Origin: Takakia lepidozioides
Taxonomy: Eukaryota > Plantae > Bryophyta
NCBI GenBank assembly: GCA_030704615.1
Contig: CM060731.1
Location: 65,038,001-65,102,000, forward strand
DNA length: 64,000 bases
Direction: 5' to 3'
Under the pieces are notes generated by a model. That model was not told where the DNA came from and searched no databases. It was given only the letters and a program-made list of their open reading frames with translations. A program made the translations under genes and the position numbers. Numbering within the stretch: the stretch's first letter is position 1; every line of letters begins with the position of its first letter. This document shows positions 13,103 through 25,658 of the stretch, piece by piece.

Positions 13103-14017
13103 ATGATGGTGGAGGAGAAGAAAGGGCGTCCAGTTTGGCTCCCCAATTTTTTAGGGGCTCACTACTCTACGAAATGTGAGAAGCACGAGCGAGACAAGAC
13201 CCGATTCTGTGTGGAGTGCAGTTTGGGCCCTTTGTGTCCCAATGATCTCAACGCCCATTTTGGCCACAAGATCTTGCAGGTCAGGAAAGCCTCCAGGAGG
13301 GATGCAGTCCGCAGCAGCGAAATCCAAGCTGTTATGGACGTTTCCAGCATCCAGCTATATGTGATAAACTCGGAGAGCATTCTTCATCTTCATGGCAGGT
13401 CGCCCTCAATGCATACCATAAAGGAAGGCCCCAAGTGCCAGACCTGTCTTGGTGGAATAATGGCTGCAGAGTTTCGGTTTTGCTCAATAAATTGCAAGTT
13501 TTTGGCAATGAAAGAGCCCGGACAAGATGAGTTCTTTTCATCCCCCCCAAGCAATCAGGGATTATCTCTCCCATCTTGGGGTGCCAAACGAAAGCGGACT
13601 GTAAGAAACAGGGATGTCCTCCTTGCACTCCTTGCATTGCAGCACAAGTTTCCAAGGCATTCCTTGCGCAAGAATAGGCACCCCCACAGAGCAGGGCCTG
13701 CTTCTGGGTCAGCAACTGGGAGTGTGGAAGAGGATGCTGCCATCTCTCTTCTTATGCTTGGCAGACCTAGTGGGATTCAGAGGTCTTTGCTAGTGAAAAG
13801 GAGAAGACATGCTGGAAAGGCTACACGCAAAGTGAGCCCTTCCCTGAGAGTGACCCTGCAAGCCACCATCTCCGAGAAGCAAGCTTTGTCAGGCAAAATG
13901 GATGCCATGGAGATAGAAGAAGCTGCAGGGGTCAAGCAGTGTTTGCCAGTCATGGAAGAGAGGGAAGTGCACCACAAGAAGCGGATATATGCAGACGTGG
14001 GTGAGGGAAGTTATTAG
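13103..14017 (+). CDS. Intronless PLATZ-family zinc-finger protein (~304 aa), uninterrupted ORF
   Basis: P.WL..FL...C..H.....FCVEC....LC..D...H..H..LQVRK, then IQLYVINS, then CQTC...RFCSINCK: the bipartite PLATZ zinc-binding pattern. Basic, low-complexity C-terminus. First in-frame ATG at 13103. Confidence 0.85.
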   Translation: MMVEEKKGRPVWLPNFLGAHYSTKCEKHERDKTRFCVECSLGPLCPNDLNAHFGHKILQVRKASRRDAVRSSEIQAVMDVSSIQLYVINSESILHLHGRSPSMHTIKEGPKCQTCLGGIMAAEFRFCSINCKFLAMKEPGQDEFFSSPPSNQGLSLPSWGAKRKRTVRNRDVLLALLALQHKFPRHSLRKNRHPHRAGPASGSATGSVEEDAAISLLMLGRPSGIQRSLLVKRRRHAGKATRKVSPSLRVTLQATISEKQALSGKMDAMEIEEAAGVKQCLPVMEEREVHHKKRIYADVGEGSY

Positions 14018-14097
14018 AGGAGAAGTTCATAAAGAAACTTGGCCGAGTCTGGACTGGACAGCCCAAATTGTTCTTTCATTTTATTGATTGAAATTCT

Positions 14098-16258
14098 TTA
14101 TTCCACCACTGTAGAAGTTTCTCTTCCAGCAAGACGGGATTTTGCTGCACGTTCTGCTACCTCCACATTGCGATGAATTCTGCATGCACCAAGCAAGGCC
14201 CCCCACACCGAAGCACCTGGCTCAGTTGGCATTTTCTTAATGAAGTCTTCTGCCTTCAATTGCCCTGCACGGCTAAGAAGGTCCACTCTGCAGCCAAAAT
14301 GCTCAACTGTAGGAGTGAGGCCGTGATCTGCACTCATGGAATCGAAGTACTGAAGGCCAAGCCCAGATGGCTACAAGCTGAGAGAAGAGATATAAATGTG
14401 ATCCCATCTGGTCTGAAGCCCTCCTGTTGCATCTGTTCAAATAGTTGGAGGGCTTCCCTACCAAACCAATGGGCATATCCGGCTGTCATTATGTTCCACG
14501 AGACTCCATCCCGTTCAGCCATGTTGTCAAACACTTCACGTGCCTCCTTCATGCTCCCACATTTGGCCTACATGTCCACAAGGGTCTTCTCTAAGTTTAT
14601 AGATGCAAGTCCAGCTTTCATGACGTCAGCATGGACCTCAATGCCCTTTTGCAGTGCTGCCTGGCTGGCACACACATTGAGAATGCAAATGAGTTTTGAC
14701 ATATTTCACAGAGCAGGTAGTGTAAACCTGGGTAGCGACACCCTCTCCCCCTTTATTATGCCTTCTACTAACAGCTGAGCAGACAGTCTAATCAAGTGTT
14801 TGAATTGGGAAACCATTTGACTATATTAGGATACTTACCGGGCATTACAAAGTGGTCTAAAATCCTGTTCGTGTGGCAGGATTTTTGCTACTACGCCAAT
14901 GTAATATTTGTGGCCATGCTCCTCTTCTTCCCAAACAATGACAAGTTGTTTTTAATCTGCTTCTCTTTCTCTGAGGTCAGTGTATTATCAAGCCACTCTG
15001 TTTCGTATTGGCTGTAGTGTGGACACCCATCACGTTTTTTTTACATCGTTTTACTTCTGGCATTCGTGCAGGGACCATTGGCATGGGCATTGATTGTGTG
15101 GCGCTGTAGTCTTGTCTTCAGCTCCATTGACAAGATTGTTAGTGTGCTTATACATTTACTTCCAGGTGAGCATGGCACTTCATAGCGACTTTTCATCTGT
15201 TGAATTTGTTATGTATGCTTTTCGACCTGATCTGATTAAGAAGTTGGTGGTTCTTTGCAGGAACGGTGCTTTTTATAATTCGCTGGTGGGATCCAAGCAC
15301 ATTCTCGCATCATTCTGGGCATGAAACAGGCCCTTGGCCAGCATGGCCCTTGTTGGAGAGTGGTCAAGCACTTAGGAGTCTGGACATGGTTATTTGTCGT
15401 GCCTCTATTTGCATACTGTCTGTGGCAGATGCTGTACTTTCTTGTTGTCAATGTGCTACAACGGCAGCGATTGCTCAGGGATCCCGAGGTTATGACCTCA
15501 AACAGGTCTGTCCAGGTTGGGGAATTATCCTCCATTTAATCTCTCCGGTTGTTATTACTTGCCCGATCATTTGCTCATACATCTCCAAGGCCTCCCTCTC
15601 ACACCCATTCTGAGTATATCCGGCGATCATTGCACTCCATGTGACCACATCTCATTCAGCCATATTGTTGAATACTTGATGTGCATCCTCCATGCTACTG
15701 CAGTTGGCATACATGTCAACAAGGGCAGTCTCCAAATTTCTATAGGACACAGATTCCAGCTTTCCTAATGTCAGCATGGACTTCTTGGCCCTTTTTCTAG
15801 AGCTGACAGGCTGGAACACACATTGAGTACACAGATGAATGTGACCTTGCTGGGTGTCACCCCTTCTCGTATCATTTGTTCATAGATCTCCAAAGCCTCC
15901 CTACCATACCCATGCTGAGCATATCCTGTGATCATTGCATTCCATGACGAAATTGCGATCGATTGGATCAATCCACAAAGCATTATCATGGCTGCTTCAG
16001 TCAAGACCTGCTTGACCAATTCCTTCACACTCTACTTCGCTCCCACATTTGGCATACATGTCCACCAAGGCAGAGTTCAGAATGACATAGGGTACAATTC
16101 CAGCTTTAACAATGTCACCATAGACCTCTTTTCCAGGGCTGCCAGGCTCGCACACGCATTGCAAACACACACAAACAGTATGTGGTCGGGCTTCACCGCT
16201 TCCCCATCATTTGCTCATAGGTCTCCAAAGCCACCATCCCGCGCCCCTGCTGTGCATA
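14098..16258 (-). pseudogene. PLS-class PPR pseudogene ending in an E motif, interrupted by a GPCAT fragment
   Basis: [73 protein letters not shown]. Many frameshifts. No DYW domain seen. Confidence 0.9.
14880..15505 (+). pseudogene. Captured three-exon fragment of a glycerophosphocholine acyltransferase (GPCAT/GPC1, DUF2838-type) gene
   Basis: Exons 14880-14975 (DFCYYAN...FSFSE), 15072-15165 ([31 protein letters not shown]) and 15261-15505 (IRWWDP...[13 protein letters not shown]), joined by GT-AG introns. Confidence 0.85.
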
Positions 16259-16583
16259 CCCTGCGAAAACAAAAGCTTGATGAAACAAGCAGAGAGGGAC
16301 GGAGGGACAGGAAGACTAGAAAGGGAGAGAATGAGAGAGACAAAGAGTCAGGGCGATGGCGCGAGGGCGCGAGGGCAAAATCTAGGACAGGACATCACGA
16401 TGTGCTTGCTTCAAAATGACAACGTTCTTCATTCAAAAAAAGCTCAAGTCCGTTGCAGGTGAATTCATCCAGGATACGAATGACAAAATTAAAATAACAT
16501 TCATCCAATTAAATCATCCATAATACTTGCCACCTGTCATTCTCACACATCTATTTGTCCTGACAGTGTGACTTACTCTACAC

Positions 16584-17868
16584 CAGTGTGAGACAAGCCT
16601 TGGTCAGGCCTGGTATCAATACTAGTATTTGATACCATACCAGCCTGGTCTATGGCTGGGCAATACCCATGCTGATACCAGGATACGCACGTACAAATAT
16701 TTGGAAGATATGCATAGATACCATTCTGGTATAACATTCAGGATACCGATATTCATACCAGTTTCCTGCAAGCCAACCTCCTCTCTTGCCTGGTATGAAT
16801 CTGGTATGAATATGTTGTCGATTAGGTATTTGCTTCGTTTTTTAAGCTCGAGCTGTGACGACTAATTATTAATCGTAATATGTTTTGGTGTTTTGCTGGC
16901 CGTCACCCCTTCCTCCTCTTCAATGTTGTGTGGCTCCCGCATCTGTCCTGATTGAGCCCCATATCTTGTACGTGTTGGATCCTCAAGCTTTCATTTCCAT
17001 GTAGGCATTGGTTAGGGTTGTTTTTTGTTTGTTGCTTGCTTTCAAGTATTCACTCTCAAGTCGTCGCGTGTCTTGTTTTCGCAGCCAACCAACATGCCGA
17101 GGTGTGTTGCAATCATCTTGTTAGTTTGGTGGTGAGTAGATGTGATAGGGTTCGTTGGAATCAAAATAGAAGTATGCCTGTATAATAAAATAAACTAAAA
17201 TAATGTATTTTAGTTTGCCTGGCTGTGATTTTGAGGAGCCTGATAGGGAGAGGGAAGAAATGACAATCACAGGTGTCACCAGTGACTTGTTGCAAGAGGA
17301 GGCGGACGTGGTGGAGGAGCCTCAACGGACCGAGGCATTGAATGACAACATTACTGCCAAGCAAGAAGCAATTTGGATGGTACAATATCTGAAGCTTGAA
17401 AAGAACCAGAAGTTGTGGCATCCTCATAATAGGACTGCACCTGCTTGGGCATTCTTTGTACTTAACGATGCAGGCACAGCCGTGAACGTCCAAGCTACAC
17501 AAACCATGAGGTGCATCTTGTGTTACCCGGAGGGAGAAGCATCGAGCAACAACAGTAGAACCAAATCTCGGAAAGGTGTTGTCTCCTACAATCCTTCACA
17601 TGGCATCACGAGCATGAAAAAACATATTGCTAATGAACATGGTGAAACTCTAGTGAGGTACAAACAACAAAAGAAAGCCTCAGATGAGGTTGCAGGTGGT
17701 CGGCAGAAATGCAAGAAGAGGAAGGCAGTGGCACCTATGGCCATTACGGAGTTTTTTGGTAGCCATAACCCATACAAAGCCAATGACCCTGGTCAACAAT
17801 GACTCATAGAGGATTTGGTCTTGTTCATAGCTAAAGGGTACATGCCATTATCTGTTGTGGAAAATCCT
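16584..17868 (+). mobile_element. hAT transposon 5' part: subterminal GATACCA/TGGTATC repeats and BED-finger N-terminus of the transposase
   Basis: WAFF...RCILC...GITSMKKHIANEH (BED finger), then DLVLFIAKGYMPLSVVENP, truncated at ~17868. Dense tggtat/atacca motifs at 16600-16830. Confidence 0.8.
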
Positions 17869-17930
17869 ACGACATCATTGTCTTCCTAGATGTTTACAGG
17901 GACGATCCTCGACTTGTCCAGCTGAGAGCA

Positions 17931-18362
17931 ATGGAGTTTCTTCCAGGATTGCATGATTCTCCTGGACCCCGGCTGGGGAGCAGGTGGTTCTTATGCATCA
18001 TGGACCTGGACTTTCCGCTTGAGTGGGAGCCGAACAGATCACGCATAGCGTTGCTGTATCGCTGGAATTGTTGCGTGTGGACGTATGATGAGTGCATAGG
18101 TGAAAACTTCACGCGTGGACGGACTGGCTCGGAAAGTGGGGACATTCTCTTCAGTTATGAGGATGAGGAGGAGGGGAACACAGGGCCCACTGTGAAAATG
18201 TCCTTCTACAAAGGGGGCGCTATCGATAAACACGACATCCTTGTTAGTTTTAACCGGGCGACAGAAACCGCTGACATTTTGTTCAAATATCGGCACCCGG
18301 TCACTCAGGAGGTCCTTGAGAGGCCAGTTCGAGTTCCTTCTTCTTGGGCGAGGGGACCATAG
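17931..18362 (+). CDS. Hypothetical 143-aa protein, possible transposon cargo
   Basis: ATG-initiated ORF, open in both copies (48414-48845). No recognised motif. Confidence 0.35.
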   Translation: MEFLPGLHDSPGPRLGSRWFLCIMDLDFPLEWEPNRSRIALLYRWNCCVWTYDECIGENFTRGRTGSESGDILFSYEDEEEGNTGPTVKMSFYKGGAIDKHDILVSFNRATETADILFKYRHPVTQEVLERPVRVPSSWARGP

Positions 18363-19049
18363 GTCATGCATGCTAGAGTAGACATGTTTCGACTCGCCGA
18401 CACTCATGGCACATACATTTTGATTCAGAAATCAAGTAGCTTCCCTGTGCCATATGGGGAATATACATGCTTGGATAATCTTCTGTTAAGGTTTTTTGCA
18501 ATTCACTGCCAGTATGCTGGGACGTGTCCTTTGTCGTATGGATTGCTGTTTGCACAAGGTGCAGTATGCAAATGCTGGAATGTGCAGTAGGACCCTTCCC
18601 ACTGGGACACAGAACTAGCAATCTTGTAAAGGCATCACATTTGCAGAACACTGACAATGTATTTGTAGCAAATTGGAGTCTTCTCATAAAGGTGGACGAA
18701 AACGCCAGGATGGGCTGCGAAATCACCACAAATTGAATGAAGAGCAGTAACAAGGAAACACTATGCAGTATACAGACCAATAACGTCGCTGAAATAGGCC
18801 ACAATACCGGTGTATCTCTACACAATGTATGCTTTCCTCGGATCCATTTATAGACATAACCAAAATAAAAAAAAAACATGCCCATGCCATTCACGGCCAA
18901 AAACCACATTCTCATGTATTGCGGCACCGGAATGCACCTGGAGCCATGGCGGTGCGGCACCACCAAGTGTATAATTCCTCACAAAAAAATAGGGTGCAAG
19001 AAGATGAATGTAATATAATTGTCACTTTCTCCTTCCCGAATGTGGAATG

Positions 19050-22000
19050 TCAAGCAGTCCGATCTGTATCCTGCCGTAGGGCCTTGTGTAGCTTGTTGAA
19101 ACTCAGTGTTGGAGCATGGATGAAGACGTCCACTGCGGATATGCAACTCATGCGCTTCAAAAAAAATGTAATAAAGGTGTTTGCAGGGGACGTATGCTGC
19201 ATTCTTTGATTCCATAACAAGGAAGTCCTCACATTTGCAAGCTGGGTACTGAGAAATCGTGATTGCATACACATCACTGCGCGCAGCAGACCCGGCTGTT
19301 GACAATTGAAATATGCGCCCCATCCCGGGGTGAGGAACATCCCTGCAACCTTGCACTATGCAGGGCATTGCAAGAGCGTTGGCCATCCTGGTGTCGTTTG
19401 CCTTTGTTGGTGGCCGCCGTCTTTTCAATTTCCCCCACCGATGGGTGGGCCAAGCTGCGGGGTCATCCACCGGTATGCGGGGCGAAGAGCTTCTCGTGGG
19501 AGGAGGATGACGACTGGGAATTGGATTTTGTGGAACGTCTGTCCTCTCCACCAGTCGAAACCCTGCACTTCCTAGAGCGTCTGCCTCCTCCAGGGTAAGA
19601 TCTGTACCAGTTGCCACAGGCCAGACTGCAGGTGGTTCAGGCATGCCTTGTACACCATACTTGGGCTTGCCGAACACACACGACATGATGTCGTGCCTGC
19701 AGAACCAAAACTCCGTCAGTGTGGCCTCCACAAACTTTGCGCACACAAATCTCCCTGTGAAGCAAGGGGCAGGCACACCGCCCTGCGGGCTCCTCCGAAT
19801 CATCTCATTGCATCTCTGGTTGGTGTCGACACGAACAGCACAACATTTGCCACGAAATGACGGACGGGTCCGTGCAATTCTCCACTGCGAGGCCGACACA
19901 TCTCGCTCTACGATTGGAATGCTGTATTGGGTAACGATAATAGGAGCAGCATGCTCATCCTCGGCATGCTGTCCCGAGTCTAGCAGCGATTCCATGGATG
20001 TTGCAGGAGAGGGGGTACGAGTCCTGCTGGGAGGAGGTGTGGGATGCAACATCGTTGCGCCCCGAGGTTGAGTGCGGATGTTCATATCTGATCTCCATGA
20101 ATCCCCGTCGCCTCCGGGCATGTCCTCAATTCTTCTCTTCACCGGCCGGCTGCGGACATTGCCCTCCAGGCAGTTCCCCCGACTGTGTAACGGCGTTGAC
20201 CTTATTGTTTCCCGCAATGCAGCAGTCCATTTTTTGGGATCGGTCGAACGATGCGCCGCCCTCATCAACATCTCTTGCCTGTCTGGTCCGATACCCCATT
20301 GCTTTCCTCCCAGAAACTGGTAGTAACAAGATTGTTGCATGATGGCCCTCACAATATCTTTTGTTGTTGCTGTCAACATGTCAACGAGATGTGCCGCAGC
20401 GGAAGCACGCCAGGAAGAGTGCACCGATTCGGCCATGTTCGTCGTTGGCATATCCGTGTCATCCTCCAAGCTCATGTCCTGTTGAAGGAAATTAGAAATG
20501 TCACTCATTGTGGAGAATGTCCAAGCACAAAACAAAACAATTGTCAAGTATAGAAATGTGTTACCTGTCTCATGTAGTCTCCAAACTGGCGGAATCTATA
20601 GTGCCACCACGCAAGCCACGTTTGCAGTTCTGGCTGATCTTTCACATCCACTGCCCCTGAAGACACCCACCAGGCGCGTATGGTTGCAAACTCGGTCTCC
20701 GCCTAGTCGATGGAATTCACATTTTTCCACGCAAGGCACATACTGATATGATCATGCCGGTGGCGTGACGCCACGAACCTTTTCGTGTTTTGCGTCAAAC
20801 TCTGCATGAAGTGGAACCCGCAAGATCTCTCCTTACCTTCCATTGGAGTCTTTGGGTCGTCCCCATATACCCTCCTCACTGCAGCCCAGTTCGCCTGGGC
20901 ATTGTCAGCCATGAAGCCCCTAAAATCGGGAGGGGGCAACTTCGCTCTCGCCATTTGTTCATTAATTCCGCACCACATATGCAACTCCGAATCTATGTCT
21001 TCTCCTTTCATTTCGCAGATAGCAATGGTCATCAACTTTCTGCAATGTGGGTCGTATACATGTGCCCCCATTGTCACCCAATCGTGGTTGGTAATTCGTC
21101 TGATGTGGTCGAACATGACCCAGCGATTTGAGAGGTCTCCACTGGTCATCCGCTTCACCAAATCGACACCGCTCCCCGGTCCGCACGTTGACATCTTAAA
21201 CATGAAGCACATGTCCGTCTCTGAGCCTTGACCAGGAAAGAAGCTGCCCTGGATGAAGTCGTAGCCGCATGTGCGCTTCACTTCCAAGATGGAGTGCATG
21301 TCTGATCCTCTTCCGATTCGTTTCTTGCAGCCGACAATGTGGTTCCTGACATTGGGGCTGCACACATGGGAGACAGCTTCCAGCAGCTCCTTCATGTCCC
21401 CCTCGCCCAGCTTCTCTCTTGTGCTTCCGTCCTCCGACATTATTCTGCCAATTGCAATTCTATGTGCGGATGCGAGCTGTATCTGCTTTGGTTTTGCTCC
21501 CGGCCTGAACCTCACCTCCTCCTTGATAATATCATGGGCTTGTTGAAAAACGACTCTGCAATTGCCTCTGGCGACGGGGTGGTCATGCTTTCCGGTGTGA
21601 ATGCATGCTCTGGTGCACGCTGGGCCGACGGTCCCGACGTAGTACTGCTTGGCGTTGCACACTGCCATACACATAGGGGCTGCGTTGCAATGGGCACACT
21701 TGAACGTCCCTGCAGGAACTCTACCTTGAGGCCAAAATGGGGTCGACAAATTGCCAATCCATTCAGTCTCATTCCGGGTGCCTTTGCTCGTGTAATGGTA
21801 ACATGTGCTCGAGAAACATTTAAGATGCCCAGCACAATATACATATCTCACTCGAACTCCATCACCCAGGTTGGACGATGAAGTTTTGGTGACGCACCAA
21901 GGGTGGCCGTCATGTTTCCTGTTCATTCCTGCCAGCATGCCGTCTGGGCCTGCGCCTGCCGGCACTAGAGGGAACTCGTAGATAGCATTCTCATCCACAA

Positions 22001-22571
22001 CATCAGGCAAAGTTTCCACAGAATGGATTGGAGTTTGTCGTAATCAAGCCTAAGAAGGTCATTGGAGCGGGAACCCGTTGTCTTCATCCTCCGCAATATG
22101 TCGATTACTGAGCGGACGGAAGTTGAGTCGGAGGGTGTGTGCTCATTGTTTGCCGACTTCTGAACACTCCTAGTGACGGACGACTTCAAAACATACGATG
22201 GAAGGACCATACAGTCTTCATCGTCACTGGATAAGTCGTGGACGATTGTTTCCCTGTTTTCCTGGATTTCCCTTTTCACATGTTTGGGCTTCTCTGCTTG
22301 TGAAGAGGTGCCCACATCCTTCATGGCAGACTTCACATCATGCACGCCAGACCCTCTTGTGGAAGGAGGATCAACCAAGTTCCAGCGTGGGAACTCTTTA
22401 GGCACGATTTCACCAATTGCACTGTACCGGATGGATTCAGAAGCTGGGAGCCGCCACTCTTTGCCCTTTCCGAAATCTGCATGCAGAATGACGGCACTTT
22501 CCAGAAAATTTCCATAAGCATCCTTCGTCTCCTCTTCCAAAAACACCGTTCCAGGGCGGACCCCGAATTTC
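19050..22571 (-). mobile_element. Mutator-like (MULE) transposase pseudogene, copy 1 (inverted, 5' end severed)
   Basis: Same features as 44097-47725. Intact SWIM (CKC...PCKH). Premature TAG at 20703-20705. Confidence 0.85.
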
Positions 22572-24600
22572 GGCTTGCACAAGCATTGCAAACACAAACA
22601 AATGTAACGTGGTTGGGCTTCACCCCTTTGTGAAGCATTTGCTCATAGGTCGCCAAAGCATTCCTACCACACCCATGCTTGGTAAATCCTACCAACATTA
22701 TATTCCACGTGATCAAAGATCGTTGAGGCATTCTGTTGAACACTTGGTGAGCCTCCATGATGTTCCCGCACTTAACATACATGTTGACAAGGGTGTTGAG
22801 GAGAAAAACACATGGCGTGAATCCACTTTGGATAATGTGAGTGTGCACGTGCTTTCCAGTTTCCAGACCTTTCATCTTGATGCACTTAAGCAAGAGACAG
22901 ACATACGTCTCAGAATTTGCTGAAATGCCCCCTTGGTTTAAAGTCTGTAGAGCCTCTTTTAGTCTATCTGCCTCACAAAGCATCTCAACATGCCCAGAAG
23001 TGCCAGAAGAGGCATTGTGGACTCCCTCTCTTGATCCTCTTTCAGAAGCTGTGGTGATGGTTGAGGTGCCTGATTTTATCAATTGTGCCGGTGCAGCAGC
23101 TGCCTTTAGTTGACCATCTACCCATGAAGGTTTCTTGTAGCTACTGATCCACAGGGAATCATACGTAATCTTGTGTTTGAAATCTGGCCCTCTTGAATGA
23201 ATCTGGACACACACTCCATCCCTGCTCCTTCAGCTATCACTGCCTCTGCACAAATCATGCATACATCAATGCCTTGCTGCTAGCAGCTGACAATGACAGC
23301 CTAGATTTGTTCTAGGAAACACCCAACTCAACTAATCACACTAGTTCCTATGCTCAGTAATATCTGTTACTCTCTGTAATCCAACAGGCATTCACATTTT
23401 TGCCTCGATTGTCCCACCATTGACTGGGGTCAGAAAAGTACTCATTCCATAGTTTATCCTCGTCTGTGTGACCTGTTTCTGGATACTTTCCTGTTGTCAC
23501 ATTGGCAGTATCATGTCGAAGTCACTCCAAACTATCAAAGATTCACTCAACCAGCTAACTTGCAGAATTCAACATGGAATTTTAGGGCCAATTCTGATAA
23601 GAGGGAAAAACAGGGTGAAATGTGTTGAAGAAGGTGCCTTCATTAGCACTGCCTGATTTTATCAAATGTGCCGCTGCTGCTGCGGCTTCACCATCTACCC
23701 ATGCAGGTTTTTTGCAGCTATTCCATAGGGAATCATAAGTAATGTTGAGCTTGAAATGCAGCCCTCTTGGATGAATCTTGACCCAAACTCTACCCCTGCT
23801 CCTTCAGCTATCCATGCTCTGCACAAATCGTGCATACATCCTTGCCTTGCTGCTAGCAGCTGACAATGACAGCCTAGATTTGTTCCAGCAACACCCCAAC
23901 CCTACTTATCACAGTAGTTCATATGCTGACTCGCGCTTCCAACAGACATTCACCTTTTTGCCTCGATTGTTCCACCCTTGACTGCGGTTGGAAACATATT
24001 CATTCCAGAGCTTCTCCTCGTCTCTGTTATCTATTTTTCGATACTTTCCTGTTGTCACATTGGCAGTAACATGTCAAAATCACTCCAAAACCACCATAGA
24101 TCCACCAACAAGCTAACTTGCAGAATTCAACCTGAAAATTTAGGGACGACTCTGATAGCAGTGAAAAACACGCTCAAACATCTTGAAGAAGGTGCCTTCA
24201 TTAAGCAATGCCTGGTTCTATCAATTGTGCTGCTGCCGCTGCTGTTTCCAGTTGACCATCTACCCACGCAGGTTTCCTCTAGCTATTGCTCCACAGGGAA
24301 TCAGAAGTAATCTTGTGTTTGAAATCCGGCCCTCTTGGATGAATCTAGACCTCTATCCCTGGTCCTTCAGCTATCCCTGCCTGTGTACAAATCATGAATA
24401 CATTCTCAGCCCTACTGCTAGTAGCTGACACTGACAGCGTGAAGTTCTTCCAGGAAACACCCCAACCCTACTTATTACAGTAGTTCCAATTATGAATTGC
24501 ATCTGCTTCTCTCTGTAATCCAACAGGCATTCACCTTGTTGTCTCCATTGTCCCACCATTGAATGGGAAAAGTGTTCATTCCAAAGCTTCTTCTCGTCTC
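22572..24600 (-). pseudogene. OSB-type PDF-motif repeats (x3) fused to PLS PPR, copy 1 (broken by the inversion)
   Basis: EDKLWNEYFSDPSQWWDNRGKN, intron 23203-23395, then IHSRGPDFKHKITYDSLWISSYKKPSWV, in frame with PPR motifs. Two further ~560-580-bp units lie upstream. Confidence 0.8.
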
Positions 24601-25373
24601 TGTTATCATTTTTTGGGTACTTTCCTGCTGCCACATCGGCAGTAACCTTTCAAAGTCACTCCAAAACACCACAAATCCACCCAACGAGCCAACTTACACA
24701 ATTCTTTATGCAAATTCAGGGCCGAGTCTGATGAGAGGGCAAAACAGGCTGAAATAGGTCGAGGAAGAAGGTGCCCTCACCACATTGTCTTTGACTTTGT
24801 GTCATGACCCATGGGGGGATTTGACCGACCATCAACCCAAAATGACCTCTTCTGTGTGCTGCTTGTGTCTGTAGTAAGGTCATGTCGGATTGGTATATGA
24901 GAACCACCACGGTGCAGCTGAGCAGGCATAGATTGAAACACGGCCTGCTAAGACCAAGCTGACTCTCCCAAGAACCTTGTAAACATCAAGAAGAATACAA
25001 AATCATGGTACTAACAGGAAGAGCCAAGAGCCCACGTCTCCAGGATGGACAAACTTCTTCACATGGTACATTAAGAGAAAGCCACACCTTGCGATTGCGG
25101 TTGTCCCACCATTGTGAAGGATCTTTAAAAAACTCATGCCAGCTCTGCTCCGTGCTCCAAGGTAGACGTTTATGCTTGAAAATCCGACAGCATCAACATT
25201 GTGACAAGGTCCTTTACTGAGGGGTGCTAGTGAGCTTTCAACAAAATTCATGAAAGTTGTTTTGGGCTCCATTGGGCTTTACACGATGAAGAACAACGAA
25301 CATGTCCAGACTTACACAGATGCTAACGCAGCTTATGTTTGCAGTCTGGAGATTGTAGAGTCGTCTCTAAAAA

Positions 25374-25658
25374 CGTTAAAAGCAGGTGTGGCGGATTCTG
25401 CAACTTTTTCGGCCTAATTCTCATGCCGAATCGGCCACCCAGGGCAGAATCAGCAGGGATGGCCGATTACACACAGAGGACTGCAGACCTACCACCCAGG
25501 CCCATGTCATCAGCCATCAACCCACCTGCCTTCCCCTGAGGCTCGCCTTGTTTATATCCTCTCCAGGGCTCTGAATCTGGGCAATCGATATGGGATAATC
25601 GAACCTCAATCATATTGCACCACGTAGCGGCGAGAATCCGCCACACCTGCTTTTAACG
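25374..25658. repeat. Perfect 26-bp inverted repeat within a GC-rich, TE-terminus-like region
   Basis: cgttaaaagcaggtgtggcggattct (25374-25399) and agaatccgccacacctgcttttaacg (25633-25658). Confidence 0.85.

Larger units (their letters stand above)
2891..25481. repeat. Copy 1 of the large tandem segmental unit (rearranged: empty gypsy site, 4.7-kb deletion, 12.6-kb inversion)
   Basis: 2891 onward matches 25482 and 59695 onward. 5041-9981 matches 39281-44202. 9980-22571 matches the reverse complement of ~44204-56784. 22572-25481 matches 56785-59694 (offset 34,213). Confidence 0.95.
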
